Origin: Candidatus Latescibacterota bacterium
Lineage (GTDB): Bacteria; Krumholzibacteriota; Krumholzibacteriia; WVZY01; JAKEHA01
DNA length: 64,000 bases
Direction of reading: 5' to 3'
Assembly: GCA_963707635.1 (NCBI GenBank)
Contig: OY970173.1
Coordinates: 2,592,001 to 2,656,000 of the forward strand
The notes under the pieces are model-generated. The model did no database searches, had not been told where the DNA came from, and saw only the letters and a list, made by a program, of their open reading frames with translations. Position 1 is the first letter of the stretch. Each line of letters opens with the position of its first letter. A program made the position numbers and the translations under genes. Positions 42,172 through 52,669 of the stretch are shown here, one piece after another.

Positions 42172-42200
42172 ATGATACGCACGGGCACTCGGCCCGTCAA
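42172..42200 (-). promoter_or_regulatory. Putative sigma70 promoter for the sod-box operon
   Basis: Minus strand TTGACG-N17-TATCAT. Confidence 0.6.
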
Positions 42201-42266
42201 AGCCAAACCAGAAGCGCCGGTTCCAGGTCACCGGCGCTTTCGCAGGCCAACGAACCGATCGTTTCG

Positions 42267-42596
42267 CTAGACGGTGAACGACTCGCCGCAGCCGCAGGTG
42301 GCCTTGGCATTCGGGTTGGAGAAGACGAACCCCTTGCCGTTCAAGCCCGTGGTGTAGTCGAGGACGAGCCCGTGGAGGAAGAGCTTGCTCTTCTTGTCGA
42401 CAACGATGCGCACGTCGCCATTCTGGATGATCATGTCCGATTCCGCGGCCGTCTCATCGATCACCAGGTTATACATCAATCCCGAGCATCCCCCACCCTT
42501 CACCGAGACGCGCAAAAACGCATTCGCCGGGGTCTTGCTCTCCGCGGCGATACAATCCCGGATCGCCTGTACGGCGCGTTCCGTCACGGTAATCAT
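42267..42596 (-). CDS. iscA: HesB/IscA Fe-S cluster assembly accessory protein
   Basis: GGGCSG, LDY, NPNAKATCGCGESF. Confidence 0.9.
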   Translation of the reverse strand: MITVTERAVQAIRDCIAAESKTPANAFLRVSVKGGGCSGLMYNLVIDETAAESDMIIQNGDVRIVVDKKSKLFLHGLVLDYTTGLNGKGFVFSNPNAKATCGCGESFTV

Positions 42597-42708
42597 TCGA
42601 TCCAATCCTTCCTGTGCAGGCCCAGGGCGTTGCCGGCGCTGCGGTTACGCAGCAAATCCCGGGCCGGCCACGATCTCCCCGGTGATCCAAGTATAATGAA
42701 CGGACCAA

Positions 42709-43572
42709 ATGGCCGTCAAACCCTTCACACTGGCCGCCCTCCTTCTCGCGTTCGCGGGAGCGGCATGGGCCGGGCCCTGGACCCGGGCGCGGGGAACCAG
42801 TTATTCCAAATTCACGGCCTCCTATCTCTATACCACAAGCGAGTACGACGCGAACGGCGAGCAGGTGCCGATTCTCACCAGCAACCCCCTCGTGCAATCG
42901 GCGGCCTATCGAGACGTCTCCTTGTCGAGCTACGTCGAGTACGGGATCCGCGACCAGCTCACCCTGGTGGCTTCACTCCCCTTTAGGATCCTCACGTCGC
43001 GACGGACGGAACTCTCGAGCGACGCGACCATCGAGCGCGAGGTCGACGTCACCAACGCCGGGCTGGCCGACCTCTGGGTGGGACTGCGGCGCGCGCTCCG
43101 GCGCGGGCGCTATCCGGTCGCGATCGACGCCGGGATCAAAGCCCCGCTGGGTTACGACCGCACCCCGGACAACGGCGGGCCGGCGCTCGGGACCGGATAC
43201 GCGGACGCGGAGTTCGCGCTGTCCGCCGGCTACGGGGCTCGCCATGCGTACGGGGTCATCCGCGCGGGGTATCGCGTGTACGGCGGTGATCTCGACAACG
43301 CCGCGGGGCTGGCGGCCGAAATGGGCGCTCATCGCGACCCCGTATTCGTCAAGCTCGAGCTCGACGCGTGGCGTTCCTCCGGCGAGATCCTCCCCCTGGA
43401 CGTGAGTTCTACCACCGTCGTCCCCAACCAGGACGTGACCACGCTGGTAGCGGCGCTCGGCATGCGGGCGAGCGAGCAGGTCTCTCTGGCTCTCGAGACC
43501 TATTACGTGCTGGCCGGGAAGAACGTCGCGACTGGAACTACCGTCGCGCTGACGTTGATCCTGGCCCGGTGA
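42709..43572 (+). CDS. Exported hypothetical protein, probable beta-barrel
   Basis: Signal peptide AWA; YVEYG..DQLT..ASLPF; amphipathic strands; TATAAT 11 nt before ATG. Confidence 0.65.
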   Translation: MAVKPFTLAALLLAFAGAAWAGPWTRARGTSYSKFTASYLYTTSEYDANGEQVPILTSNPLVQSAAYRDVSLSSYVEYGIRDQLTLVASLPFRILTSRRTELSSDATIEREVDVTNAGLADLWVGLRRALRRGRYPVAIDAGIKAPLGYDRTPDNGGPALGTGYADAEFALSAGYGARHAYGVIRAGYRVYGGDLDNAAGLAAEMGAHRDPVFVKLELDAWRSSGEILPLDVSSTTVVPNQDVTTLVAALGMRASEQVSLALETYYVLAGKNVATGTTVALTLILAR

Positions 43573-43656
43573 ATTCCACCAAATACCGGGCGAACATGCG
43601 CCGGCGTGCGGTATAATGGGGCCATCCCCAACCGGTACGTCAAAGGGAGTACAACC

Positions 43657-44613
43657 ATGATCCGTTGGCTGACAGTGGCCGTGGCCGTCGGGCTGTTCGG
43701 GGCTCCCGCCCTGGCAAGTCCGCGCCTGCTGGTGGTTTCCAAAAAGAGCCACTCGCTGCAGGCGTTTGACGCCGTTTCGTATGCGAAGCAGTTCGAGATC
43801 GACGTTTCCGGCGAACCCCACGTGGTCGTCACCTCGGCGGACGGGAAGTTCGCATACGTGGCGGACTTTGGCGGAACCACCAACCTTCTATCGATCATCG
43901 ATCTCGATCAGAAGCTCGTCACCGGCACGGTCAGCTTCAAGCCCTCCCTCAGAGCCCACGGCCTGGCGGTTACGCGCGATGGTTCGCGGCTGTTCGCTAC
44001 GTGCGAGGCCTCGCGTGCGGTGGCCGAGGTGGACCTGCCGGGGCGCAAGGTGGCCCGCAAGTTCAAACTCAACTTCGACAACTGCCACCTACTCGCGCTC
44101 TCGCCCGACGAAACCACCCTGTTCGTGACGAGCGCCTTCGACGGCAACGTGACGATGTTCAACACCACGACGGGAGAAGTGACCTACGCGCTCAAGACGG
44201 GAAAGGGCGCCGAGGGGGTGGACGTGTCGCCCGACGGGCGTCAGCTTTGGGTGGTGAACCGGACCTACCAGAACATCAGTGTGATCGACATCCCGACCCA
44301 CCATGTCGTGGAAAACGTGCTTTGCGAGGGCAGCCCGATGCGCGTCGAGCTTTCTCCGGACGGGAAGACGGCGGCCGTCACGTGCTCGTCGTCCGGCGAC
44401 CTCGTTTTCATCGATACCGCGACACGCAAGGAGGCCGCGCGCATCCCGGCCGGGATCTACCCCTCCGAGATCGTCTTCGATCAGGACGGCTCGCGCTGTT
44501 TCGTCACCGACGCGCGCACCGCGGAAGTCATCGTGGTCGACCGGGCCGCCCGCAAGGTCTTGCAGCGATTCTCTGTCGGCCCCGACCCGGAGGGCATCGC
44601 CTTCGTCCCCTGA
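43657..44613 (+). CDS. YVTN/YncE-like beta-propeller protein
   Basis: Signal peptide; repeated S(P/A)DG motifs; ends VGPDPEGIAFVP; GGGAG RBS. Confidence 0.85.
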   Translation: MIRWLTVAVAVGLFGAPALASPRLLVVSKKSHSLQAFDAVSYAKQFEIDVSGEPHVVVTSADGKFAYVADFGGTTNLLSIIDLDQKLVTGTVSFKPSLRAHGLAVTRDGSRLFATCEASRAVAEVDLPGRKVARKFKLNFDNCHLLALSPDETTLFVTSAFDGNVTMFNTTTGEVTYALKTGKGAEGVDVSPDGRQLWVVNRTYQNISVIDIPTHHVVENVLCEGSPMRVELSPDGKTAAVTCSSSGDLVFIDTATRKEAARIPAGIYPSEIVFDQDGSRCFVTDARTAEVIVVDRAARKVLQRFSVGPDPEGIAFVP

Positions 44614-44618
44614 CCCGG

Positions 44619-45365
44619 TTACCGCTTCTCGAACGACGCGTGCTCGTCCGCGGACGAGACGCGGATTCCGGTCACATCCACCTTCCCGCGCCCCGTCGCC
44701 AGTTTGACGGCACCGAACGAGGTCCAGTTCGTCCACGGGAGTGTGAAGCGCGGAGCCGGGTCGGAGGCGAGCTTGTAGTAGCACCATTGGCTCACCAGCC
44801 CGCTCTCACGGTCCACGAACACGTCGTACTTGTTGTCGGGCGTGTCACCGACGCCCTTGAAGGTCAGCACCAGCATGTCGGCGGCGCGGCCGTCCTCGGT
44901 CGCCTTTTCGCCCGCGTAGCGCAGCGTGACGCCCGAATCCTTGAGCTTGTACGGCATCAACAGCCAGTACGAATCGTTGATCCAGATCGAGGTCGCGTCC
45001 TTGAGGATCGCCGCCAGCGCCCCGGGGTTCGTCACCTCGCTTCCCTTGCTCCACGCGCGACCGACGCCCGTGGTCACGTTCATGACGACGGTGAGCGTGT
45101 CGGCGTCCAGCCGGTACTCGCCAGTCCACTTGTTCCACAGGTGTGTCCGCCCGAAGATGGTCCACCCGATCGTCTGCACCGCGTCCCAGTTCGCGCGCCC
45201 GCCCATCATTTCCATGGTGTGATCGGCGATCTGCATCGCCCGCTGATCCGAGCCGGCCTCGTCGAACCCCTGTGCCGGGGGATTCGACCCGGCGAACGCC
45301 GTCGCGGCGATCGCCCACACCAAGAGCGCTGCGGCGCCGTCCGTTCGCACTCTGATACGCTTCAT
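44619..45365 (-). CDS. Exported conserved hypothetical protein
   Basis: Signal peptide; MGGRANWD, WINDSYWLLMPYKLKD.GV.L, F.GVGDTP.NKY. Confidence 0.7.
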   Translation of the reverse strand: MKRIRVRTDGAAALLVWAIAATAFAGSNPPAQGFDEAGSDQRAMQIADHTMEMMGGRANWDAVQTIGWTIFGRTHLWNKWTGEYRLDADTLTVVMNVTTGVGRAWSKGSEVTNPGALAAILKDATSIWINDSYWLLMPYKLKDSGVTLRYAGEKATEDGRAADMLVLTFKGVGDTPDNKYDVFVDRESGLVSQWCYYKLASDPAPRFTLPWTNWTSFGAVKLATGRGKVDVTGIRVSSADEHASFEKR

Positions 45366-45369
45366 GTCG

Positions 45370-46131
45370 TTACTCCTTCCGGGTCACCGTTCCGTCGTCC
45401 GCCACCTCGAAACGCGAGAGCGGCTCCGTGAGCGCCACCGCGTTGGGCCAGGTTTCGACCTCGCGCACGACCTGCTCTCGCTCCACGGTGCGGATGTGCA
45501 CCGCGAAACTCACCCGCGGCCGAAATCCGCGCTCGGCCAGCCGCTTTCCGAACGGGTAGGTGAGAAACCAGAACGGAACCACCCCAACGTCGATTGCGGC
45601 GTCGATCACGCCCGCGGATCGCAGCGACTTCTCGGCGATGATGCCGTCTCCCAGGTGCAGCACCGTTCGGCCGTCGAGCGTCACCAGTAGCCCCAGGTGC
45701 TCGACGTCGCCGTAGTTCACTTTGCCGTGACTCAATCCAAAGCCGTCGACGCGGATACCCCCCACGTCCACACCGCCGACCACGCCCTCGGTCGCGGGCA
45801 GCGTGTGCATCCGCCCCGCGAAGGCGCCGCCGGTGGCCGCGCGCAATGCGGCCGCCGCCTGCGAGGTCGACACGAACACGGCGCGCGGGTTCGCACCCAG
45901 ATGCGTCGCCACTGCACCCGCGTCGAAATGGTCCGCGTGGTGGTGCGTCGCCAGAATCGCGTCGACCGCGTCGAACGGCGGTCGGGCCCGGCGCAGCGCG
46001 TCGAGCGCGACCGCATCCGGCATTCCAAACGGCGTCGCCTCGTCCGAGTACAGCCCGTCGATCAGGACGCTTCCCGCGCGGGAGCGCACCAGCACGCCTT
46101 CGCAGCCGAGGTAGGTGAGCTCCAGCGGCAT
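45370..46131 (-). CDS. MBL-fold metallo-hydrolase
   Basis: THHHADHFD and LHLGDG motifs. Confidence 0.85.
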   Translation of the reverse strand: MPLELTYLGCEGVLVRSRAGSVLIDGLYSDEATPFGMPDAVALDALRRARPPFDAVDAILATHHHADHFDAGAVATHLGANPRAVFVSTSQAAAALRAATGGAFAGRMHTLPATEGVVGGVDVGGIRVDGFGLSHGKVNYGDVEHLGLLVTLDGRTVLHLGDGIIAEKSLRSAGVIDAAIDVGVVPFWFLTYPFGKRLAERGFRPRVSFAVHIRTVEREQVVREVETWPNAVALTEPLSRFEVADDGTVTRKE

Positions 46132-46251
46132 TGCCGAATCCTAGCACAAACGACCGGGACGGATGGGCGTGGCACTGCCCGTCGTAACCCGGGACCGAAC
46201 CTGATGCTCCGCGCGCCCGATTGGGTTGCACCCCACCTCCTACGGCAGTAA

Positions 46252-48216
<1,965 letters not shown>

Positions 48217-48232
48217 CGTTGCCGCTCGGCCG

Positions 48233-48329
48233 GGCAGTCGATATATCGGACTCCGCGCTCATGCGCTCGCGCGCACATGTGGGAATGCGCGACTCGCGAA
48301 ATCGCGCTTCGCCCGATATATCGACTGCC
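48233..48329 (-). repeat. Structured intergenic repeat, family 1 copy C
   Basis: 19-bp terminal stem GGCAGTCGATATATCGG(G/A)C; core matches copy B; lies between convergent thiC and HEAT genes. Confidence 0.8.
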
Positions 48330-48347
48330 TACGATGGGGGTCCTATA

Positions 48348-49949
48348 CTACTTCCCTAGCAGCTCGCGCAGCGCCTTCTTCGCCGCGGGAGTTCCGATCT
48401 CGCCCAGCGCCTGCACCGCGGCCCGGCGCGTGTCGCGGTTCGAATCGGTGCGCGCCACGTCCGAGAGAGTGGGGACGGCGTCGTCGCTTTCCGACTCACC
48501 CAGGGCCCACACGATCGTGCGGCGCGCGTCCGGGTCCTTCGTCCCCTTGAGCATCTCGACCAGCGACGCCACCGACTCCTCCCCGCCATTGTCGAGCGTC
48601 GCAAACAGCGCCGCCTTGCGCACCTCTTCGAAGGGCGACTTGCGGTACACCTCGAGAAAGAACGAGGCGTCGTCGTCGTCCAGCACCTCCATCAGGCCGT
48701 AGACGGCGGCCTTCGCCAGTTCCTCGTTCTTCTGATCGAGCGCGGCGGCCTTCATCGACTCGATCGCCGCCGGTCCGCCGTGTTCGGCCAGCGCGTAGAA
48801 CGCGGCCTTCTTGACCTCGGGGTCGTCCGAACTCTTCACGATTTCGTTGAGCACGGGCACCACCGAGGGGTCGTCGACCTCGGCGAGCGCGTATACCGCG
48901 GCGCGGCGCAGCTCCTCTGCGTCATCGCCGGGTTCCTTGCCCAGCGCGATCTGCTTCAGGGTCGGCACGATGTTTTCGTTGTCCCGCTCGACCAGCGCGT
49001 ACAGGGCCGCCTTCCTGACCTCGATCGACTTCGTCGTCTGGAGCACGTGTTGCAGCGCCTTGGTCGCCGCGGGGTCGTCGACCTCCGAGAGCGCGTAGGT
49101 GGCCGCCTTCTGCATCTCCTCGTCGGTGTCGGTCATGGCCACGTCGACCAGGATCTTGGTCACGTCCGGGCGGTCGACTTCAGCGATGGCGTAGAGAATG
49201 TGCCGGCGAATGTCGGGGTCCTTCTCCGTCTTCATGATGGCGACCATGGTGTCGATCACCCGCTCGTCGTCGGGGTACTCGGAGATGGCGTAGATCGCAT
49301 GGCGGCGCACGTCGGGATCCGGATCCGTCCGGGCGGCGTCGATCATTATGTCCAGCACCCGCGGGTCGTCCACGTCCGAGAGCATGTAGACGGCGTGCTT
49401 GCGCACGTCGGCGTTCTTCGAGTTCTTGAGCAATGAGGAAACCGTGTCGAGAATCTGGTCGTTGTCTTCGCTGTCCATCAACGCGTACAGCACTGCCATG
49501 GTGAACTCGGGATCCTCGTCGTCCCCCGCCGGCACCTTGAACGACTCGAGCGCGGCTTTCCCGCGCGGGTCGCCGGCATCCGCCATGCGCTTCGCCAGCT
49601 TGACGTACTCGTTGCGCGCGTCGTCCGACCACTTGCCGTCCGGATACCTCTTCAGAAAACTCGCATAACAGTCGAACGATTCCGCGTAGTCGCGCGTCGA
49701 ACGCTCGAGCGCATAGCACTTCCAGAAGTCCGCGGCCTCGACCCACTTGCTCTTCGGGTAGGACTTCAGGAACTGCTGCGCGGCCTCGTACGCCTGCTGA
49801 TAGCGCTCGTCGTAGATGAGGTCCTGCAGATCCTCGTACGCCTGCTCGGTGTGGTCCTTCTTCTCCTCCGCGCGCGCCACGGGCGCCAGAAGATGAATCG
49901 CCAGGACCACCGCCGCAGTCGCCAGAATGCCAGTTGCACGTCGCTTCAT
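48348..49949 (-). CDS. Exported HEAT-repeat protein with N-terminal TPR-like region
   Basis: Signal peptide; FLKSYPKSKW; repeated D.(E/D)(V/I)R..A.(Y/W)AL.E units. Confidence 0.85.
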   Translation of the reverse strand: MKRRATGILATAAVVLAIHLLAPVARAEEKKDHTEQAYEDLQDLIYDERYQQAYEAAQQFLKSYPKSKWVEAADFWKCYALERSTRDYAESFDCYASFLKRYPDGKWSDDARNEYVKLAKRMADAGDPRGKAALESFKVPAGDDEDPEFTMAVLYALMDSEDNDQILDTVSSLLKNSKNADVRKHAVYMLSDVDDPRVLDIMIDAARTDPDPDVRRHAIYAISEYPDDERVIDTMVAIMKTEKDPDIRRHILYAIAEVDRPDVTKILVDVAMTDTDEEMQKAATYALSEVDDPAATKALQHVLQTTKSIEVRKAALYALVERDNENIVPTLKQIALGKEPGDDAEELRRAAVYALAEVDDPSVVPVLNEIVKSSDDPEVKKAAFYALAEHGGPAAIESMKAAALDQKNEELAKAAVYGLMEVLDDDDASFFLEVYRKSPFEEVRKAALFATLDNGGEESVASLVEMLKGTKDPDARRTIVWALGESESDDAVPTLSDVARTDSNRDTRRAAVQALGEIGTPAAKKALRELLGK

Positions 49950-49960
49950 TCCTCTTCCTC

Positions 49961-50902
49961 CTAGTCGATGACGTCCGCCGTGGACGCCCGGGAGCCGGCG
50001 CTGCCGGACTCCCGCATCTGTTCCAGATTGATGCGCAGCAAGACGCCTTCCCGTTCGAGCCGGCCGCGAATCACATCCACGGACTCGAGGTCCGCGTCCG
50101 CTTCCAGGTGCGCGATCTCGCGGAGAATCAGTTCGAGCTGGTCGACCAATTCGAGCAGCCGGCGGTCGTCGCGCGAGAGCGTCTTGCGCACCTCCCGCCC
50201 CTCGACGAGGAGCGCCCCCGCACGCGTGCGGCCGCTTCCCACCTCGGCGGCGTAGTTCTCGCCCGGGTCCGCGTTCAACAGCGCCAGCAGCACCACCTGC
50301 GAACGCTCGATGTACCGCAGCGCCGCGTCGTTGTTCGACGCGGCCACCACCGGGGCCGGCGCGGTGCCCCCCGGGTTGGTCTGTTCCCCGGCGGGAGCGT
50401 CGATCGCGGGCAGTGTTTCGCCGGTTGCGCGGACCGCGGGCGTGGTGTCGGCGCGATCGTGGACACCGGCGTCGGCGGGTGCGCGCGACCCGTCCGCGAG
50501 ATCCCCCGTGGTCGATTTTCCCGCGGGCGGCGACGGGCTCGGCGCCAGCGCCGAACGTCCGATCCACACCCCCGCGGCGAGAATGAGAACGGCGGCAGCC
50601 ACACGGAATCCCCACGACCCGAAAAGCTGCCGCCGTTCCGGCCTGGACGCGTCCCGGGCGCCCGAGTCCGCGCCCGCCAGGCGCCGCTCGAGCCGTTCCC
50701 AGTACGTGTCCCAGTAGTCCGCGCCCGGATCCGGGCGCCGGCGCGCGCTCATCGCGTCGAGCGTCACGCGCATCTCTTCGACGAGTTTCGCGCAGGCGGC
50801 GCATTCGCGCACGTGCGCGTCAAAGGCAAGCTGGCGCTCGCCGTCCAGCTCCCCGTAGAGTGATTCCACCATCCAGTCTCGATAGCGATTGCACGCGCTC
50901 AT
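49961..50902 (-). CDS. Zinc-finger (zf-HC2) anti-sigma factor, single TM
   Basis: HVRECAAC (HxxxCxxC); TM VAAAVLILAAGVWIG; adjacent to the ECF sigma gene. Confidence 0.85.
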   Translation of the reverse strand: MSACNRYRDWMVESLYGELDGERQLAFDAHVRECAACAKLVEEMRVTLDAMSARRRPDPGADYWDTYWERLERRLAGADSGARDASRPERRQLFGSWGFRVAAAVLILAAGVWIGRSALAPSPSPPAGKSTTGDLADGSRAPADAGVHDRADTTPAVRATGETLPAIDAPAGEQTNPGGTAPAPVVAASNNDAALRYIERSQVVLLALLNADPGENYAAEVGSGRTRAGALLVEGREVRKTLSRDDRRLLELVDQLELILREIAHLEADADLESVDVIRGRLEREGVLLRINLEQMRESGSAGSRASTADVID

Positions 50903-51492
50903 GCCAGATCACCCACTTCATCGCGGTAGTGCGCGAGGCGGTCGCGCAGCTTGCGGATCGAGCGAAACAGCAGACTCTTCACGGTGCCCTCCGCGATCGC
51001 GAGCGACGATGAAATCTCCCGGATCGGCATGTCGTGGTAGTGGCGCAGAACGAACACGCTGCGCTCCTGCGCCGAGAGCACGTCCATCGCGCGCTCGACG
51101 TCGGCCTTGAACCGCGCCCGCCCCGCGAGCCGGTCGGGGTGCGGCATGGCGCCGTCCACGAGCTCGCGCGGGGCCTCCTCGCCGCCGTCCTCGCTCGACG
51201 GAGCGAAGTCGATGCTCACGAGTGTGACCGGCTTCCTGCGTTTTGAATCGATGTGTGCATTCATGGTGATCCGGTACAGCCAGCTGGCCAGTTTGGCGTC
51301 GGCGCGAAAACTCCCGATCGCGCGATACGCCTTGATGAAAACTTCCTGCGACAGATCCTCCGCGTCGTGGTGGTTTCCCGACAGGTCGTAGGCCAGCGCG
51401 TAGACGTCGCGCTTGTGACCCTCGACCATCTCCCGGAACGCCGCCGCGTCTCCGCGCTGCAGGCGCTCCACCAGCATCCGCTCGTCCAGCAC
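50899..51492 (-). CDS. ECF RNA polymerase sigma factor
   Basis: DAEDLSQEVFIKAY, SWLYRI, GTVKSLLFR; start codon uncertain. Confidence 0.92.
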   Translation of the reverse strand: MLDERMLVERLQRGDAAAFREMVEGHKRDVYALAYDLSGNHHDAEDLSQEVFIKAYRAIGSFRADAKLASWLYRITMNAHIDSKRRKPVTLVSIDFAPSSEDGGEEAPRELVDGAMPHPDRLAGRARFKADVERAMDVLSAQERSVFVLRHYHDMPIREISSSLAIAEGTVKSLLFRSIRKLRDRLAHYRDEVGDLA

Positions 51493-51508
51493 CGGGAACA
51501 GCGGCGAG

Positions 51509-52336
51509 CTAGCGCTCCCCGTCCTCACCGCGTATCCGAATGGTGCCGTTGACCGCGTCGACGTTGATGCTCGCGCCGCCGTCTCCGATGGTTCCCCGCA
51601 GCGACGCGCCGACGATGTCGTGCTTGGACACGGTGAGCCCCAGGTCGTTCACGATGGAGCCGTTGACCGTGCTGGCCCGCACGCGTGCGCCCCCCTTCTT
51701 CGGAAGGGTCACGTCGACGGTGCCGTTGACCGTCTGCAGCTTGATCGACGCCGATGCATCCAGCTGCTCGAACGCCACCTCGAGGGTTCCGTTTACGGTC
51801 GAGAGATCGACGTCTCCGGAAAGCTCCGACGCGGTCAGTGCGCCGTTGACGCACGACGCCTGCACGCGGCCGGAAAGTCCGTCGACGTCGAGGTCGCCGT
51901 TTACGAGCGAGACCTCGTCGATGCGGATGGTGCGCGGCACCTTGATCTCGAAGTCGACGGTGGCGCCTTCGCCGTCGTAGTCGTGGTGCCAATTCGTCTC
52001 CCTCGTGAACTCGGCGCGGATGCTGACGTGATCGCCCTCGGCTTCCATCTGGACCTCGAGGTCGTCCAGCCTGGACTGCGACGTGGCACGCTTCGTCGCC
52101 TCGATGCTCACCTCGTTGCGCTCCCAGGTGCTGATGCGGACATCGCCGTTGATGTTCTCGAGGCTCAGGCGGCCCTCCGACTTGAGCGGAAAGGTGTCGC
52201 TCAGCTTCTCGGTGTACGCGTATGAGTTCTTGTACTCCTTGCCGGATTGCTTCCGGTCCTTTCCCTGCAACGGGGCGGCGACCAGGACGACGGCCACCAC
52301 CACCAGCGACAGCATGATTGTTCGCGCGCGAAGCAT
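51509..52336 (-). CDS. DUF4097 beta-strand repeat (adhesin-like) exported protein
   Basis: Repeated (T/S)VNG motifs; signal peptide; GAGGAGG RBS. Confidence 0.8.
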   Translation of the reverse strand: MLRARTIMLSLVVVAVVLVAAPLQGKDRKQSGKEYKNSYAYTEKLSDTFPLKSEGRLSLENINGDVRISTWERNEVSIEATKRATSQSRLDDLEVQMEAEGDHVSIRAEFTRETNWHHDYDGEGATVDFEIKVPRTIRIDEVSLVNGDLDVDGLSGRVQASCVNGALTASELSGDVDLSTVNGTLEVAFEQLDASASIKLQTVNGTVDVTLPKKGGARVRASTVNGSIVNDLGLTVSKHDIVGASLRGTIGDGGASINVDAVNGTIRIRGEDGER

Positions 52337-52386
52337 GTCGTTCCTCCTCGTCGGTTGGGGAATCAGTTCAATGCGTATAGGTGTGA

Positions 52387-52414
52387 GACGGATTCGGGCG
52401 GCGTAAAGTTTACA
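52387..52414 (-). promoter_or_regulatory. Putative ECF-sigma (autoregulatory) promoter
   Basis: Minus strand TGTAAAC-N17-CGTC upstream of the DUF4097-sigma operon. Confidence 0.55.
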
Positions 52415-52457
52415 CCCGGGCCGGGAAAGGCGCCGAAGTTCTCGGCCGGCCAGCGGT

Positions 52458-52486
52458 TTGACAGGGAGGCACCCGTCGGCTAGTCT
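52458..52486 (+). promoter_or_regulatory. Putative sigma70 promoter for the M14 peptidase gene
   Basis: TTGACA-N17-TAGTCT. Confidence 0.6.
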
Positions 52487-52510
52487 CCGCGACAACCTGC
52501 GCGCCCTGTT

Positions 52511-52600
52511 GGCGGGATGCACTCCCTCAAGACGCCAATCCGCAGTCGCGCATATCAACGTGCGCGCGGGAGGACGGCGGCGGAGGGAGTGCATCCCGCC
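52511..52600 (+). repeat. Structured intergenic repeat, family 1 copy D
   Basis: 18-bp perfect terminal stem GGCGGGATGCACTCCCTC/GAGGGAGTGCATCCCGCC; core matches copy A. Confidence 0.8.
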
Positions 52601-52669
52601 TCAGACGACACCTAACCAGTTTGCATACAACGAGTTTCCCCGTACTCCTCATCCAAAGCGAGACTGTCC

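Noticed and set aside
48348..50804. 818-aa version of the HEAT protein (also extended starts for gdhA, MDR, redoxin, DsbD-N, DUF4097)
   Set aside because: The N-terminal extensions overlap upstream genes and look non-coding; downstream starts with an RBS or signal peptide were chosen.
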